Source of the DNA: a virus
DNA length: 64,000 nucleotides
Reading direction: 5' to 3' (one strand)
IMG/VR virus record: IMGVR_UViG_3300044712_000991
Coordinates: 32,001-96,000 of that record
The notes below the pieces were generated by a model. The model was not told the DNA's origin. It did not search any database and saw nothing but the letters and a program-made list of their open reading frames with translations. Shown here one piece after another: positions 36,648 to 46,504 of the stretch. A program made the translations under genes and the position numbers. Positions within the stretch are counted from its first letter, which is position 1. Every line of letters starts with the position of its first letter.

Positions 36648-37724
36648 ATGAACGACCAGCATTTCCGCACATACGAGCAAAACTGGCTACGACTGATCTG
36701 CCCGGGCTACGAGCAGCACCGCGATGAGGTGTGGACCCCCGACACCCTGTGGTATCGCTCTCGTGTTGAAACATTGGGAGGGACGTTGGTGTCCCAGGGT
36801 TTCGGCAAGTTCTTCAACCTCGGTATGGGTCCTGAGTGGTGCAGAACAACCGCCGAGGATATTGCCACCGCCATCACCAAGGGAGATGCTTGGGCAAGTC
36901 TGAAACTCGATGGGAGCCTACTTATACGCTCGGTGTACGGTGGGCAGGTCATGTTTCGTACCCGCGAATCCCTAGGCTACGAGCAACAACCCAACGCATC
37001 GGAGGTCGGGGACATCTTCGTCGTGAAATCTCCAAAATTGCTCGATCCTGAACTCTACGCGCAGCACTCGCTCCTTTTCGAGTGGACTACTCCTTCGAAC
37101 CAAATCGTGTTGAAGTACGATGAACCACGACTAACGCTTGTAGGGGCCGTTAATCACGCCACGATGCGATATGAGCGCTTCCAGTGGCTAGAGGAGGTTC
37201 GGGCGCACCTCGATGTACCGCTGACTCCCCACTGGCGCTTAGATCGCGCTGGATTTGAGGACCTCATGCACTCGCTGGAGACTCGTACGGATGTCGAGGG
37301 ATGGGTGGTGCGCCTCCATGATGAACAACGCCTCGTGAAAATCAAGTGCGCCCCATACTTGCTGAAACATCGTCTGCGGTTTCATCTGACGGATGATAGC
37401 CTTGTGGATATGTGGCTGACTTCAGGGAGACCTACGCGGGAACAGTTCATGCAGTCCTTCAGGACAACCTTCGATGAGGAGATTCTCATGTGGGCGTTAC
37501 CGAAAATACTTGAACTGTTTGACAAAATTGATGACTTTAACACATCGACTGCAATAGCATTACATATTGCGCATAAAGCGAAAGATGATGGTGTTTCTCG
37601 TAAAGACTTTGCCATCAACATGTTAGAGCGTCACGGAAAAGGTGCTATTTTCGCCATTCACATGAAACTCTTTTCTGGAGAAATAATTGATGACTCTATG
37701 GTCAAGAAGTTCTTGATACCGTAG
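36648..37724 (+). CDS. RNA ligase, T4 Rnl1-like
   Basis: GFGKFFN, KLDGSLL, LLFEW...NQIVLKY, EGWVV, VKIK; only convincing plus-strand gene. Confidence 0.85.
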   Translation: MNDQHFRTYEQNWLRLICPGYEQHRDEVWTPDTLWYRSRVETLGGTLVSQGFGKFFNLGMGPEWCRTTAEDIATAITKGDAWASLKLDGSLLIRSVYGGQVMFRTRESLGYEQQPNASEVGDIFVVKSPKLLDPELYAQHSLLFEWTTPSNQIVLKYDEPRLTLVGAVNHATMRYERFQWLEEVRAHLDVPLTPHWRLDRAGFEDLMHSLETRTDVEGWVVRLHDEQRLVKIKCAPYLLKHRLRFHLTDDSLVDMWLTSGRPTREQFMQSFRTTFDEEILMWALPKILELFDKIDDFNTSTAIALHIAHKAKDDGVSRKDFAINMLERHGKGAIFAIHMKLFSGEIIDDSMVKKFLIP

Positions 37725-37737
37725 GTTGTAAGTCGTT

Positions 37738-38184
37738 CTATTTCATTATCTTCTCCTTGTCATATGCTTCTTTTTCTAGAGGCATGTGTTTAAGTGCTAG
37801 TCCAACAATACCCATGTATCGTAGGGTATATACAATGAATTGCCACCAGTAGATGATGAAGAACTTCACACCAAACCACCCAAGTCTGTACTGCTGTTCG
37901 ACATGCACCAACTCGTGACGAATGATTTCCGCACGTCTCGCAGTATCCGCCGTTAGGTCTTCACGAATGAATATGTACTGTCCCAAGTTTTGCCCCATGA
38001 CCGCCGAGGATAATGGGAACTTCTTGACCGTGTGGACTCGAATGGTTTGGGGGTGTTGAGCGAACCAGGAGGGTTGTGTTGGGTAACTCAATGGAAACTC
38101 CACGATCTTGGGGGCTCTCCAAAGAAGTCTGAAGAGCCACCCAAGAATATTTCCAAACACTGGCTTGTCACACAGGTTGCACAT
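37738..38184 (-). CDS. HExxH zincin-like protein (DUF4157-like)
   Basis: IIRHELVHVEQ, hydrophobic stretch, PLEKEAY; ATG follows GGAGG. Confidence 0.72.
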   Translation of the reverse strand: MCNLCDKPVFGNILGWLFRLLWRAPKIVEFPLSYPTQPSWFAQHPQTIRVHTVKKFPLSSAVMGQNLGQYIFIREDLTADTARRAEIIRHELVHVEQQYRLGWFGVKFFIIYWWQFIVYTLRYMGIVGLALKHMPLEKEAYDKEKIMK

Positions 38185-38195
38185 AGAGCCTCCTG

Positions 38196-39920
38196 CTAGA
38201 AGTTTTCTGTCCACCCAAGTAGCGAGACGGTCGTACCAGCATCAACCGACCCTGTGGCACGATAGTAGTGTCCTCGTGGTATGATCCCTACGATGGTGCC
38301 CACCAAGACCATCGTGTCCGCCAGGGGATGACCGCCACCGACACTTCCGAGCGTGTTGCCTAGGAAACCCTTCTGCATGATGGAGCCTGAGTTTGTAAGC
38401 AGTTCCACATACCCCTGGGCACCCGAGGCGCTTTTGTTGATCTGCGCAGTGACAGTCACGAGCATGTTGTTGTTCGTGGTGTTCTGGTATGTGGTGTTCA
38501 TTGCCCGTGTGAGGGTGCTTCCACCATTGCTCTGGAATCTTCCATTGGAGTTCCCGTAGTTGGTGTGGCTGTGATATGCGTCCGCTATACTTTGCGATCC
38601 AGAGGTCAGCGGGTTGTTGCCCGACCACATGCTGCCACTACCAGTAAGCGCCTTGCCTATTTGGAAGCGCATGCGGTTCATGTTGTCGAGCAAGGTGGCC
38701 GTGCGTGGCAAAGACCCTGTTGGATTAGAACCACTCTCCAGGAAGTCCGCTCGTATCACACCCGCACTCATGGTGTAGAAGTTTCGATAATCGTAGAAGT
38801 CACCTATGGTCTGCCCCACGGGGTTTACATCGTAGGCATATCCTAGGACTACCGATTGCGAGAGGGTCTGGGGGAACCTCGGGTCGAACCCAACAGAACT
38901 CACGGACACAAACGAAGCCTGGAGAGAATCGTTGACCACAACCCAGTAGTCACCCGTGCTCGGAGCAGAACTTGAGTACACGGGGACAGTGATGGAACCC
39001 GTAACAATACGTCCATTGACAGCTAGGGCCGCACCCACGGGTTGTGCAAAACTGATGTAGTCATCGGCACCCGTACCGAGCGTACCGAGGTAACTTAGCG
39101 GGGAGAAATCGTCACGATAGACCACAATACCGCTCACATGGGAGTCCTTGCGATGCGTGCTAGTGTAGTCAATGAACCCGAAGTCATCGAGAGTATTTCC
39201 GTGGGGATTCTTTGTCGAAGCAACTCCTGATCCAGCGGCATGAATGTGATCGTACAATGTACTCTGACCAGAAAATACAGCGGGTCCCTCAAGTTTGACG
39301 GAACTGTCCACGGTGTGTACGCGCATGAACTGCCGCATATCGGTCAAAGTCCCCGCAGTGATCATACCCGAACCATCGGATGTGAATTGCGCGAGAGGAA
39401 TTTGAGAACTTCCTGTCGGGGGAACAGCAGTAACAAGGATGCGATAGTCGCCTGTATAACGAGCGTATTCTGTGGTACCCGTGAGCGTCGTGCCCACGGA
39501 TGCAGAGGCCTCTTGGTACTCCGCCACAACATACATCGTACTGTTGGCCGTGGATGTCCACGACTTATTGAATGCCTGTTCAGTACGAAGAATAGACACA
39601 GATGAGGCGAGAGTCACGAGGTCCATGTTGTCTGTTATACCCCACCCCGCGTTAATCGCCAACTCCTCGGAGGACATTTCCGCCACCAACATAGCCGTAG
39701 ACCCATACTGCCCACCCACGCCACGGTAGGTGCCTAGCGTGGGAGAGGCATCCGCCACCGCCTGCCTGAAATTGACAGGTATGGAACCCGTGTAGTAGTG
39801 ACTAAACTTCGCGAGCACGAGGGCCGTAAGTTGTTTCATACCCAACGTTTTCGCAGTTTCGATGTAGTTGAGGTCTGATGACGTAACTCGTTGTCCATTA
39901 AAGAAGTTGGCTCTGTTCAT
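38196..39920 (-). CDS. Virion tail fibre / baseplate-attached protein
   Basis: N-terminal NFFNGQRVTSSDL, Ser/Thr/Gly-rich body, tail-fibre-like C-terminal RAMNTTYQNTTNNNMLVTV. Confidence 0.65.
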   Translation of the reverse strand: MNRANFFNGQRVTSSDLNYIETAKTLGMKQLTALVLAKFSHYYTGSIPVNFRQAVADASPTLGTYRGVGGQYGSTAMLVAEMSSEELAINAGWGITDNMDLVTLASSVSILRTEQAFNKSWTSTANSTMYVVAEYQEASASVGTTLTGTTEYARYTGDYRILVTAVPPTGSSQIPLAQFTSDGSGMITAGTLTDMRQFMRVHTVDSSVKLEGPAVFSGQSTLYDHIHAAGSGVASTKNPHGNTLDDFGFIDYTSTHRKDSHVSGIVVYRDDFSPLSYLGTLGTGADDYISFAQPVGAALAVNGRIVTGSITVPVYSSSAPSTGDYWVVVNDSLQASFVSVSSVGFDPRFPQTLSQSVVLGYAYDVNPVGQTIGDFYDYRNFYTMSAGVIRADFLESGSNPTGSLPRTATLLDNMNRMRFQIGKALTGSGSMWSGNNPLTSGSQSIADAYHSHTNYGNSNGRFQSNGGSTLTRAMNTTYQNTTNNNMLVTVTAQINKSASGAQGYVELLTNSGSIMQKGFLGNTLGSVGGGHPLADTMVLVGTIVGIIPRGHYYRATGSVDAGTTVSLLGWTENF

Positions 39921-39947
39921 ATTATCCTCTTGTTGAATTGAAACACA

Positions 39948-40979
39948 TTACACGCTACCCGACACACTACTAAATACGGGTAACACATATAAATCTGTTG
40001 TTCGCCCATCGAATACCGAGCCCGAGTTGTGTTGGAGTCCACGGAGAGAGAAGGAGTGAAGTTCAAATTCCTGACTACCGCTAGCGTAGACTGTGAAGCG
40101 TGCCTGGTGGAAGGGCTGGAATGACCCACTGACCATCCCAAGGAAACGGAGGCGTTCCTTGGTCGTCGTGTACCGATAGAACGCCATATTCTCATCGAGA
40201 GCCCCACCCCACATTGAGAACTCATCGACAAACATGGATTCCCCACCACGTACGGCGAAGCCCACGCTTGCCGACAGCACCCCTCCGGTGTATGGAGTGT
40301 ACATCGCTTGTCGGCCATCGATGTACACATAAATACCCTGACCCTTCACGAACGATCCCGCAAAGTAATGGTAGTTCGCGGGGTAGCCTGACTCAGCTAA
40401 GACGGAGGCTATGGAGGCCGAGGCGGTACCCGAGATGGATGCAGACCCCACGGTGAACTTGAGCAACTTGTTGGGGATGTCGAAGTTTATCTGATATCCT
40501 TGAGTACCAGTTGTGTGCGAGAACAGTAGTCCCGTTGTGGTTACCGTGGCATCCAATCCGTAGACGTACATCTCCCATGTGAAATCGCTGTTGGGTACGG
40601 CCAAAGAGTGTATGCTCGATGCAGCATCCAACTGATACCCCGTTGTGCCCCCACCTAGAATGGGATAAAGACTTCTGCGGGACACCCAAAAATCGGTGGC
40701 TTCCGCGGCCACTTTGGAGTTCACTAAGGTCGCCCTGTGACCGGAGAGATCGTAGATGGAGCCCGAAGGGTGTGTGGTCATGAACGACCAGTGGGCATAG
40801 TGCGTACTCCCCGAAGGTGGTAGTAACCACGGTATGGGTGTCGATGTGTCGTAGGGCTTCCACGGAATCGAGTTCGGGATGGATTGGCTGTTGTACTGTC
40901 GAACCTCAACAGTACAGCGTGCATCATTCTTCAGAATGGTAGACCAATCGTAGTACCAATATGGGGAGAGGGTGCTCAT
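39948..40979 (-). CDS. LamG/concanavalin-like domain virion protein
   Basis: FTWEMYV, YHYFAGSF, IYVYIDG, MFVDEFSMW jelly-roll pattern. Confidence 0.7.
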   Translation of the reverse strand: MSTLSPYWYYDWSTILKNDARCTVEVRQYNSQSIPNSIPWKPYDTSTPIPWLLPPSGSTHYAHWSFMTTHPSGSIYDLSGHRATLVNSKVAAEATDFWVSRRSLYPILGGGTTGYQLDAASSIHSLAVPNSDFTWEMYVYGLDATVTTTGLLFSHTTGTQGYQINFDIPNKLLKFTVGSASISGTASASIASVLAESGYPANYHYFAGSFVKGQGIYVYIDGRQAMYTPYTGGVLSASVGFAVRGGESMFVDEFSMWGGALDENMAFYRYTTTKERLRFLGMVSGSFQPFHQARFTVYASGSQEFELHSFSLRGLQHNSGSVFDGRTTDLYVLPVFSSVSGSV

Positions 40980-40994
40980 CGAAATCTCGTGTCG

Positions 40995-43900
40995 TTAGGT
41001 TGTACCGTGGTTGCCGAAGTTATCGATATTGAACTTGTCCACGAATGTCGTACCACCATCCGAAGAGTACGCAAACCACAATTTCGATATCGGGGTGTAT
41101 GTACCATCATACCCCTTGACCTCGTGAAGCTTCCAGTTACCTATGCGTATGGATGTGGCAACAACATCCTGGACAGCCACAGTAGACTCGCTAGCAGGAT
41201 TTAGAGATATCCTATCTATCGGAGAACTGTACGCTTTGATACCCGTCTGGTTGACCTCCACCTTGGGTGTCGTGTAGCGGGTGATGGCTATATTATCCAC
41301 CTTGAGATCACATGGTGCCGAGTTTGTCCAGTAGGCACCAAAAATAAACTTCACACTCGTGGCGCTCGCAGGAACACGAACACGTAGTGTTTTTGAAACA
41401 ACTGTACCCCATGTCGGGAACGTACCTATGACCGATGGTGTACACGTAGTCATCTCCAACACGGATGTTCCATCAATCTCTATCATACCCACAGAACTGT
41501 ATGGAAGCGTGTTACCATCTCCGATAGCATCAGACCGAGAATTGGTGTCCCATGTAACAACCAACGTCTGTCCTCGCACGTCATCTGCGCCCGTTACAGG
41601 CAACGTTTTGGAGTAGCGTATACCGAAGCCATTTCCAGGTGCAGTCTCCGTGGTTGAAGTGATAATACCTGTACTCGTGTCGATGGAGAAAGTAGCTAAC
41701 TGATCATAGTCTTCCGTCCATGTACCAAGACCAGACACGGATGTTGAGGTGTACGTTTCACTAGGGTTGTCGAAGTACCCCACACGGACTACATCTGAAC
41801 CCGATACCGTCGTACGAAGTTGCATGATAGACCCCGTGACTTCCATAGCCACGGTAGCAGAAGCCCCGACATCTTGGTACAATTTCTTGCTATCGAACGA
41901 CCATCCTGCTATCTGAGACGTTCCGTTAAGACGGAGCGCAAATGACTCGGCACCGCTTGAGGTGTACCCGTAGATACCACTCGTACTCGTCGTTCCAGTC
42001 TGTGTGACCTTGATAGCAGAATTAGCGGTACCCGTGATATTTCCGAGCATGATCTGGGAGGGTCGCAGGGCAAGTGCCGATCCCGAGGGACTAATGATGA
42101 TATTGCCCTTAAAGTATCCATTCTGCGTGTAGACACCGTAGCCTGTAAGGGCGGATGTACCGAAATCTGGGTCGGTGATGTTCGTAAGAAGACCGACCTG
42201 GGTTTTTATAGTCGCGAGGTCACCAAAGTTCGTACCCACGGTGCCACCACTGTATGCACTAACGCCATCGATGACCCGCATGTACGGAGCACCCACCTCG
42301 TCTGCCGTTAGATACACCGACCCTCTCCTAGCAGCATCGCTTGTACTACCTATGCGGACGTAGTCCATACCTGGACTAGGCGGTGTTCCGTACACCAACG
42401 CGGCCGACAGACTGCCCGTATTAGCAACCGTGGCGACCTGCATCACACTCCTCCACACCGAGCCCCCAGCGATATTCGTACGCTGGGCAAGAAGGAGATC
42501 GCCCGAACTGAAGGGGTGTCCTACACCATTGGATGACACAAACTCCATAGTCCAACGGTCAAGACCCACGCTGTACACACTCGCAGACACTTGAGCACAG
42601 GCTGTAACCCACACCGATCCGTTCGTGGCTCGAATTTGCTGTATAAGTAGTTCGAACACACGCATCGTGCCACGTACAACGAGTTCATCGAGTTCGAGGC
42701 GCGACACACCAGCCACCTCGGACTCCAACTTCCATCCCGACCCAGTGAACCCACCGACGAACGAGTTTGATCCCACCACACGATTGTCCTGGACAATACC
42801 GTTGGCTTGAAGGCGCGTCAGACCGTTAATGGTAGTGATTGCGAGTGTCGTCGTACCATCAACATCAACTGCGCTTTTGAATCTCGCTGGTGCAACGACC
42901 TCCATGATACTTCCCGATATGATAGTATATCCACTACCGCCACTACCTTCCCCTGGGCGAAGTATCACGTTGCCCCCAATTTCATCCTGCTCCGCCGAGT
43001 CACCGCCTTCTATGCGAACCTCTCCCAACGATCCGCCTTGAAGGGTGTCACCAGCACGAACTACCACGCGAGCGGAATTGTATTCGGCACCACTATCGCT
43101 AGGAATCCACCCCACCCGAAAATCTCGGACATTTGAGGAGATGGCCTTTCTATTGATATCCACTTGTTGCGTATCACCATACAACACCATCGAATTACTC
43201 GTAGAGATGCTTCCAGTGACCTGCACATCCGCGTTGAAATGATTGTTCGTCGTGAAATCGTTCATAGCGGACAAGCCGGGGAAACCTGTGTGCCCCGATG
43301 TAGCGTACGATAGGTTGTTCAGTTCATTGTGGTACTGCTTTATGGAAGAACTCACGGAGTTTACGCGGGTCACCATGTTCCCGCTGACAAACTGAGCGTT
43401 CACCTGTGATTCAAATCCCGTATGTCCACTGTTGGCATAAGCGAGATTGCTAAGGAGAGCATGATTTACAGTTCCACCATTACCCCCAACCGTGACCTCG
43501 CCAGCAGCTAGGAAAACTGGAGCGGCAGCAAGTTGGCACTTACCTGTGGTCGTGGATGTTGCGGTAGTCCATGTCAAACGATATCCGAAAACCATTTCAT
43601 CTAAGGGAAACCCCGTGTAGTCCCACGATGACAGGCTTTCGGCTTGAGCGGATTCTAACGATGTAAACGTCGCCCTTCCTGGAAGGACTACAAACCCCGC
43701 ATCTCCAGTCAAGGATGTGAATAGGATGTACGAATTGACCCACTTCACAGGATCGATGAGCGTAGCCACATCAAGGATACTACCATCCACGTCATACTGA
43801 ATCCAGTTGGTGAGGGTATTGTACTTGAAGGGCATGGTGCTATATTCCCATGCCCATGTCGTGGCCGCTGTCCTGTAGAAAACCACATACGGTGCTGTTG

Positions 43901-45095
43901 CGCCGTTTGTATCGGTAAGAGCAGCCACAGTATGCTGGATGTCTTCATCCGCGACGATTGCTTCGCTAATGGAAGGCGTTTTAGCGGCATCGGTGTCGGT
44001 GTTCTCTGTGTATCCAGACAATGTACCGGCCTCGATGAGCTTGGTACCTACAGTGGTATGAAGGTAGGAGTGCATCCCCCTATCGATGAGAACAGTGTGG
44101 CGCTCATCAGATAGCCAGTATTTCGGGGTACACGCGGAGTTCCATATGATCTCGGCTACAAACACCTTGGAGGATGATAGCGACCACGGAGTGGTCGATG
44201 CTTCTAGAGTACCGTTACCATCATCGATGTAGATGTAGTGCTTCCCCGTTGTCATCGGCGTCAGATCAACGGTTTTCGATCCAGTGATGGTGTACTTTAC
44301 CCCCAACCTCCAATAACTCCAGGATGTACCTGTAGGGGCAAGCGTGAACACATCCGTGGTGTCGTTAAACGCTATGGTGGTCTCCGCCTGATTAAGGAAA
44401 CCAAACCTCTGTATGTTAGAAAAATCGGCGCGTGACAACATGTTAGTTACGATGTTGCCAGACACGAACTGAGCGTTCGCTGACGACTCAAAACCAGTGT
44501 GACCCGATGTTGCGTACGCCAGGTTCTGAAACTCGTTGTGGTACTGTTTGATTGACGCACTAATAGCGTTCGTGCGAGTAGCAAAGTTTCCACTAACAAA
44601 CTGCGCGTTGGCGGAAGATTCGAAACCTGTATGACCAGACACTGCGTATGCAAGGTTGTTCATACTGGAATGATCATATGTACCAACGACAGTGCTAGCA
44701 GCCCATTCTGCGTTTCCATCAATATCTGACGATATGAGTACTCTACCGGCCGCCGCTCCTGTTGGCATTTGAAATGCGGATGTGGATGTTTTTCCAACTA
44801 CATTGGCATCCCCACTGATATTGAAGTCGGATATGTAGTTGACATCACCTACGACCGAACCTAGCCATATCTTGCCCCAGTCTGTCTTCTTTGTACCATC
44901 GACGTACCAGTACCCAAATTTTTCTTGTTCCACCCAGGTAGCGACATACTGTCCACTTGATGCTGGGGTCTCTACTGCTGTAGCAACAAGAGATGGTGAC
45001 CCCTCATCCGTCTGGATAGTCACTGTCCAACCCGAGTCGGGCTGGAAGTTACCACCCACGAGTTTCACAATCAGACGTGTTAGTGAACGTGACAT
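40995..45095 (-). CDS. Large tail fibre / central tail protein with internal NLxYAxSGHTGF repeats
   Basis: 1366 aa, beta-rich; four NL-x-YA-x-SGHTGF repeats; located distal to the baseplate genes. Confidence 0.7.
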   Translation of the reverse strand: MSRSLTRLIVKLVGGNFQPDSGWTVTIQTDEGSPSLVATAVETPASSGQYVATWVEQEKFGYWYVDGTKKTDWGKIWLGSVVGDVNYISDFNISGDANVVGKTSTSAFQMPTGAAAGRVLISSDIDGNAEWAASTVVGTYDHSSMNNLAYAVSGHTGFESSANAQFVSGNFATRTNAISASIKQYHNEFQNLAYATSGHTGFESSANAQFVSGNIVTNMLSRADFSNIQRFGFLNQAETTIAFNDTTDVFTLAPTGTSWSYWRLGVKYTITGSKTVDLTPMTTGKHYIYIDDGNGTLEASTTPWSLSSSKVFVAEIIWNSACTPKYWLSDERHTVLIDRGMHSYLHTTVGTKLIEAGTLSGYTENTDTDAAKTPSISEAIVADEDIQHTVAALTDTNGATAPYVVFYRTAATTWAWEYSTMPFKYNTLTNWIQYDVDGSILDVATLIDPVKWVNSYILFTSLTGDAGFVVLPGRATFTSLESAQAESLSSWDYTGFPLDEMVFGYRLTWTTATSTTTGKCQLAAAPVFLAAGEVTVGGNGGTVNHALLSNLAYANSGHTGFESQVNAQFVSGNMVTRVNSVSSSIKQYHNELNNLSYATSGHTGFPGLSAMNDFTTNNHFNADVQVTGSISTSNSMVLYGDTQQVDINRKAISSNVRDFRVGWIPSDSGAEYNSARVVVRAGDTLQGGSLGEVRIEGGDSAEQDEIGGNVILRPGEGSGGSGYTIISGSIMEVVAPARFKSAVDVDGTTTLAITTINGLTRLQANGIVQDNRVVGSNSFVGGFTGSGWKLESEVAGVSRLELDELVVRGTMRVFELLIQQIRATNGSVWVTACAQVSASVYSVGLDRWTMEFVSSNGVGHPFSSGDLLLAQRTNIAGGSVWRSVMQVATVANTGSLSAALVYGTPPSPGMDYVRIGSTSDAARRGSVYLTADEVGAPYMRVIDGVSAYSGGTVGTNFGDLATIKTQVGLLTNITDPDFGTSALTGYGVYTQNGYFKGNIIISPSGSALALRPSQIMLGNITGTANSAIKVTQTGTTSTSGIYGYTSSGAESFALRLNGTSQIAGWSFDSKKLYQDVGASATVAMEVTGSIMQLRTTVSGSDVVRVGYFDNPSETYTSTSVSGLGTWTEDYDQLATFSIDTSTGIITSTTETAPGNGFGIRYSKTLPVTGADDVRGQTLVVTWDTNSRSDAIGDGNTLPYSSVGMIEIDGTSVLEMTTCTPSVIGTFPTWGTVVSKTLRVRVPASATSVKFIFGAYWTNSAPCDLKVDNIAITRYTTPKVEVNQTGIKAYSSPIDRISLNPASESTVAVQDVVATSIRIGNWKLHEVKGYDGTYTPISKLWFAYSSDGGTTFVDKFNIDNFGNHGTT

Positions 45096-45096
45096 G

Positions 45097-45519
45097 CTAT
45101 AGTACTCCTAAGTTATCATCGCTAATGGGCTCCACGTACTCACGCGGACGTAACCTGCTAGATATCACAAACGATGGTGTTCCTGTATTACGACCGTTAA
45201 CGGATACTAAACCCGCACCGATGTTCCTTACAACCCTCACCGTAATCATCGATAGAGGTGAATCGATAACCTTGTCGGCGGGATCGTCTTCAACTACAAC
45301 TTCTATGGCATACCAGTAGGTCTCCGTGTAGTTACCAAACTCTACCACATACAGCGTATTGTCTCGTGTGGGAAACACCTTAGCCGATCCATTTGGCGGC
45401 ATCTTGCCCACACTTGTGACAATGGCGTATTCAGCGCCTGATGATTGCCACGAGAGAATACACTCGCCACCGTTGAACCCTACAGTAGATGGGGTAATAC
45501 TAAGGGATGCATCTATCAT
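45097..45519 (-). CDS. Small beta-rich (Ig-like) virion protein
   Basis: 140 aa beta-strand pattern (CILSWQSSGAEY); baseplate context. Confidence 0.5.
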   Translation of the reverse strand: MIDASLSITPSTVGFNGGECILSWQSSGAEYAIVTSVGKMPPNGSAKVFPTRDNTLYVVEFGNYTETYWYAIEVVVEDDPADKVIDSPLSMITVRVVRNIGAGLVSVNGRNTGTPSFVISSRLRPREYVEPISDDNLGVL

Positions 45520-45535
45520 TGGGATGTTCTCCGTT

Positions 45536-46501
45536 TTACGGTATTTCTACGACATCTGTCACATACATCGATCCCGTGACAGAGGTTGGGGTGGCGTTAT
45601 ATATCCAACCCAATTTACTAACGGCAAACACATCCGATCCTACGACCATAGCATCTACAATGGGAGCCACGGGTCGCCATGTAACAAAATCTGTGGAGTA
45701 CTGTAACACTGCCTGAATATGTGCAGGTACGACCCGCTGGACAGCCGTGGTAAGCGCGGTCTTAATTGCCGTAGTCTGTTCCACGGAACTAGAGGGAAGA
45801 AAGAAGTACAAAAGTACCCCCGAGCGGTAGAATTCCTCGTCGTACACAGTCGTGTTGACACCGAGGACACTGTACGACAAATTGATGGTGTCTCCGACAG
45901 AGTAGATGCTCGCTGTAACTGGAAGAACATGACCGTACCTACCTATGGAGGAGTTGACATAGATGTATCTCTGTGAATCACTACCGTTAGACATTGTGAA
46001 CCTCATAGACCCCGTAATATTTGTGAGATTCCATCCAGGGTAGTTGTCTATGGGTTCGAGTATGACGGGGCTCATTCCTGTATAAGCCTGCCCCACACGC
46101 GCAATGGCATCCACGGTCGATCCCTCAGTGTGTGCAAGGGTCAAGAACCTAAGTGCCGTGCGATAACTATTAAGCAGCGACCCAGTGTTAAACTGACCGA
46201 ACTCTTGGTAAGGTAGTTTGTTGGCACCCACCTGTACACCGAAGTTCTCGTACATCTTGCTATTGGCGTGGCCATCAATTACGCCCGAACGAACGGTCTC
46301 GATGGATAGATCATCGGATACCTGCGTGGTCTCCATAGACCCAGATGAAAATTCCATACCGTACATGGACAATAGGTCATACAGAGTTGACCCTATGATG
46401 TTCACGGGGTACCACCGAGAAGACAGGCTTGAGAACAGGTTCGCTATGAATCTATCCTGGGTGTCTTTGACTGTCTGAGACCATTTTAAGTAGAGTGACA
46501 T
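45536..46501 (-). CDS. Baseplate wedge protein
   Basis: Follows baseplate J; YRTALR...GSTVDAI...YTG and VQRVVPAHI resemble wedge subunits. Confidence 0.6.
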   Translation of the reverse strand: MSLYLKWSQTVKDTQDRFIANLFSSLSSRWYPVNIIGSTLYDLLSMYGMEFSSGSMETTQVSDDLSIETVRSGVIDGHANSKMYENFGVQVGANKLPYQEFGQFNTGSLLNSYRTALRFLTLAHTEGSTVDAIARVGQAYTGMSPVILEPIDNYPGWNLTNITGSMRFTMSNGSDSQRYIYVNSSIGRYGHVLPVTASIYSVGDTINLSYSVLGVNTTVYDEEFYRSGVLLYFFLPSSSVEQTTAIKTALTTAVQRVVPAHIQAVLQYSTDFVTWRPVAPIVDAMVVGSDVFAVSKLGWIYNATPTSVTGSMYVTDVVEIP

Positions 46502-46504
46502 AGG

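Noticed and set aside
43281-44672. Diversity-generating retroelement TR/VR pair
   Set aside because: The repeats differ at all base types and mostly synonymously, both lie inside one ORF, and no reverse transcriptase is present
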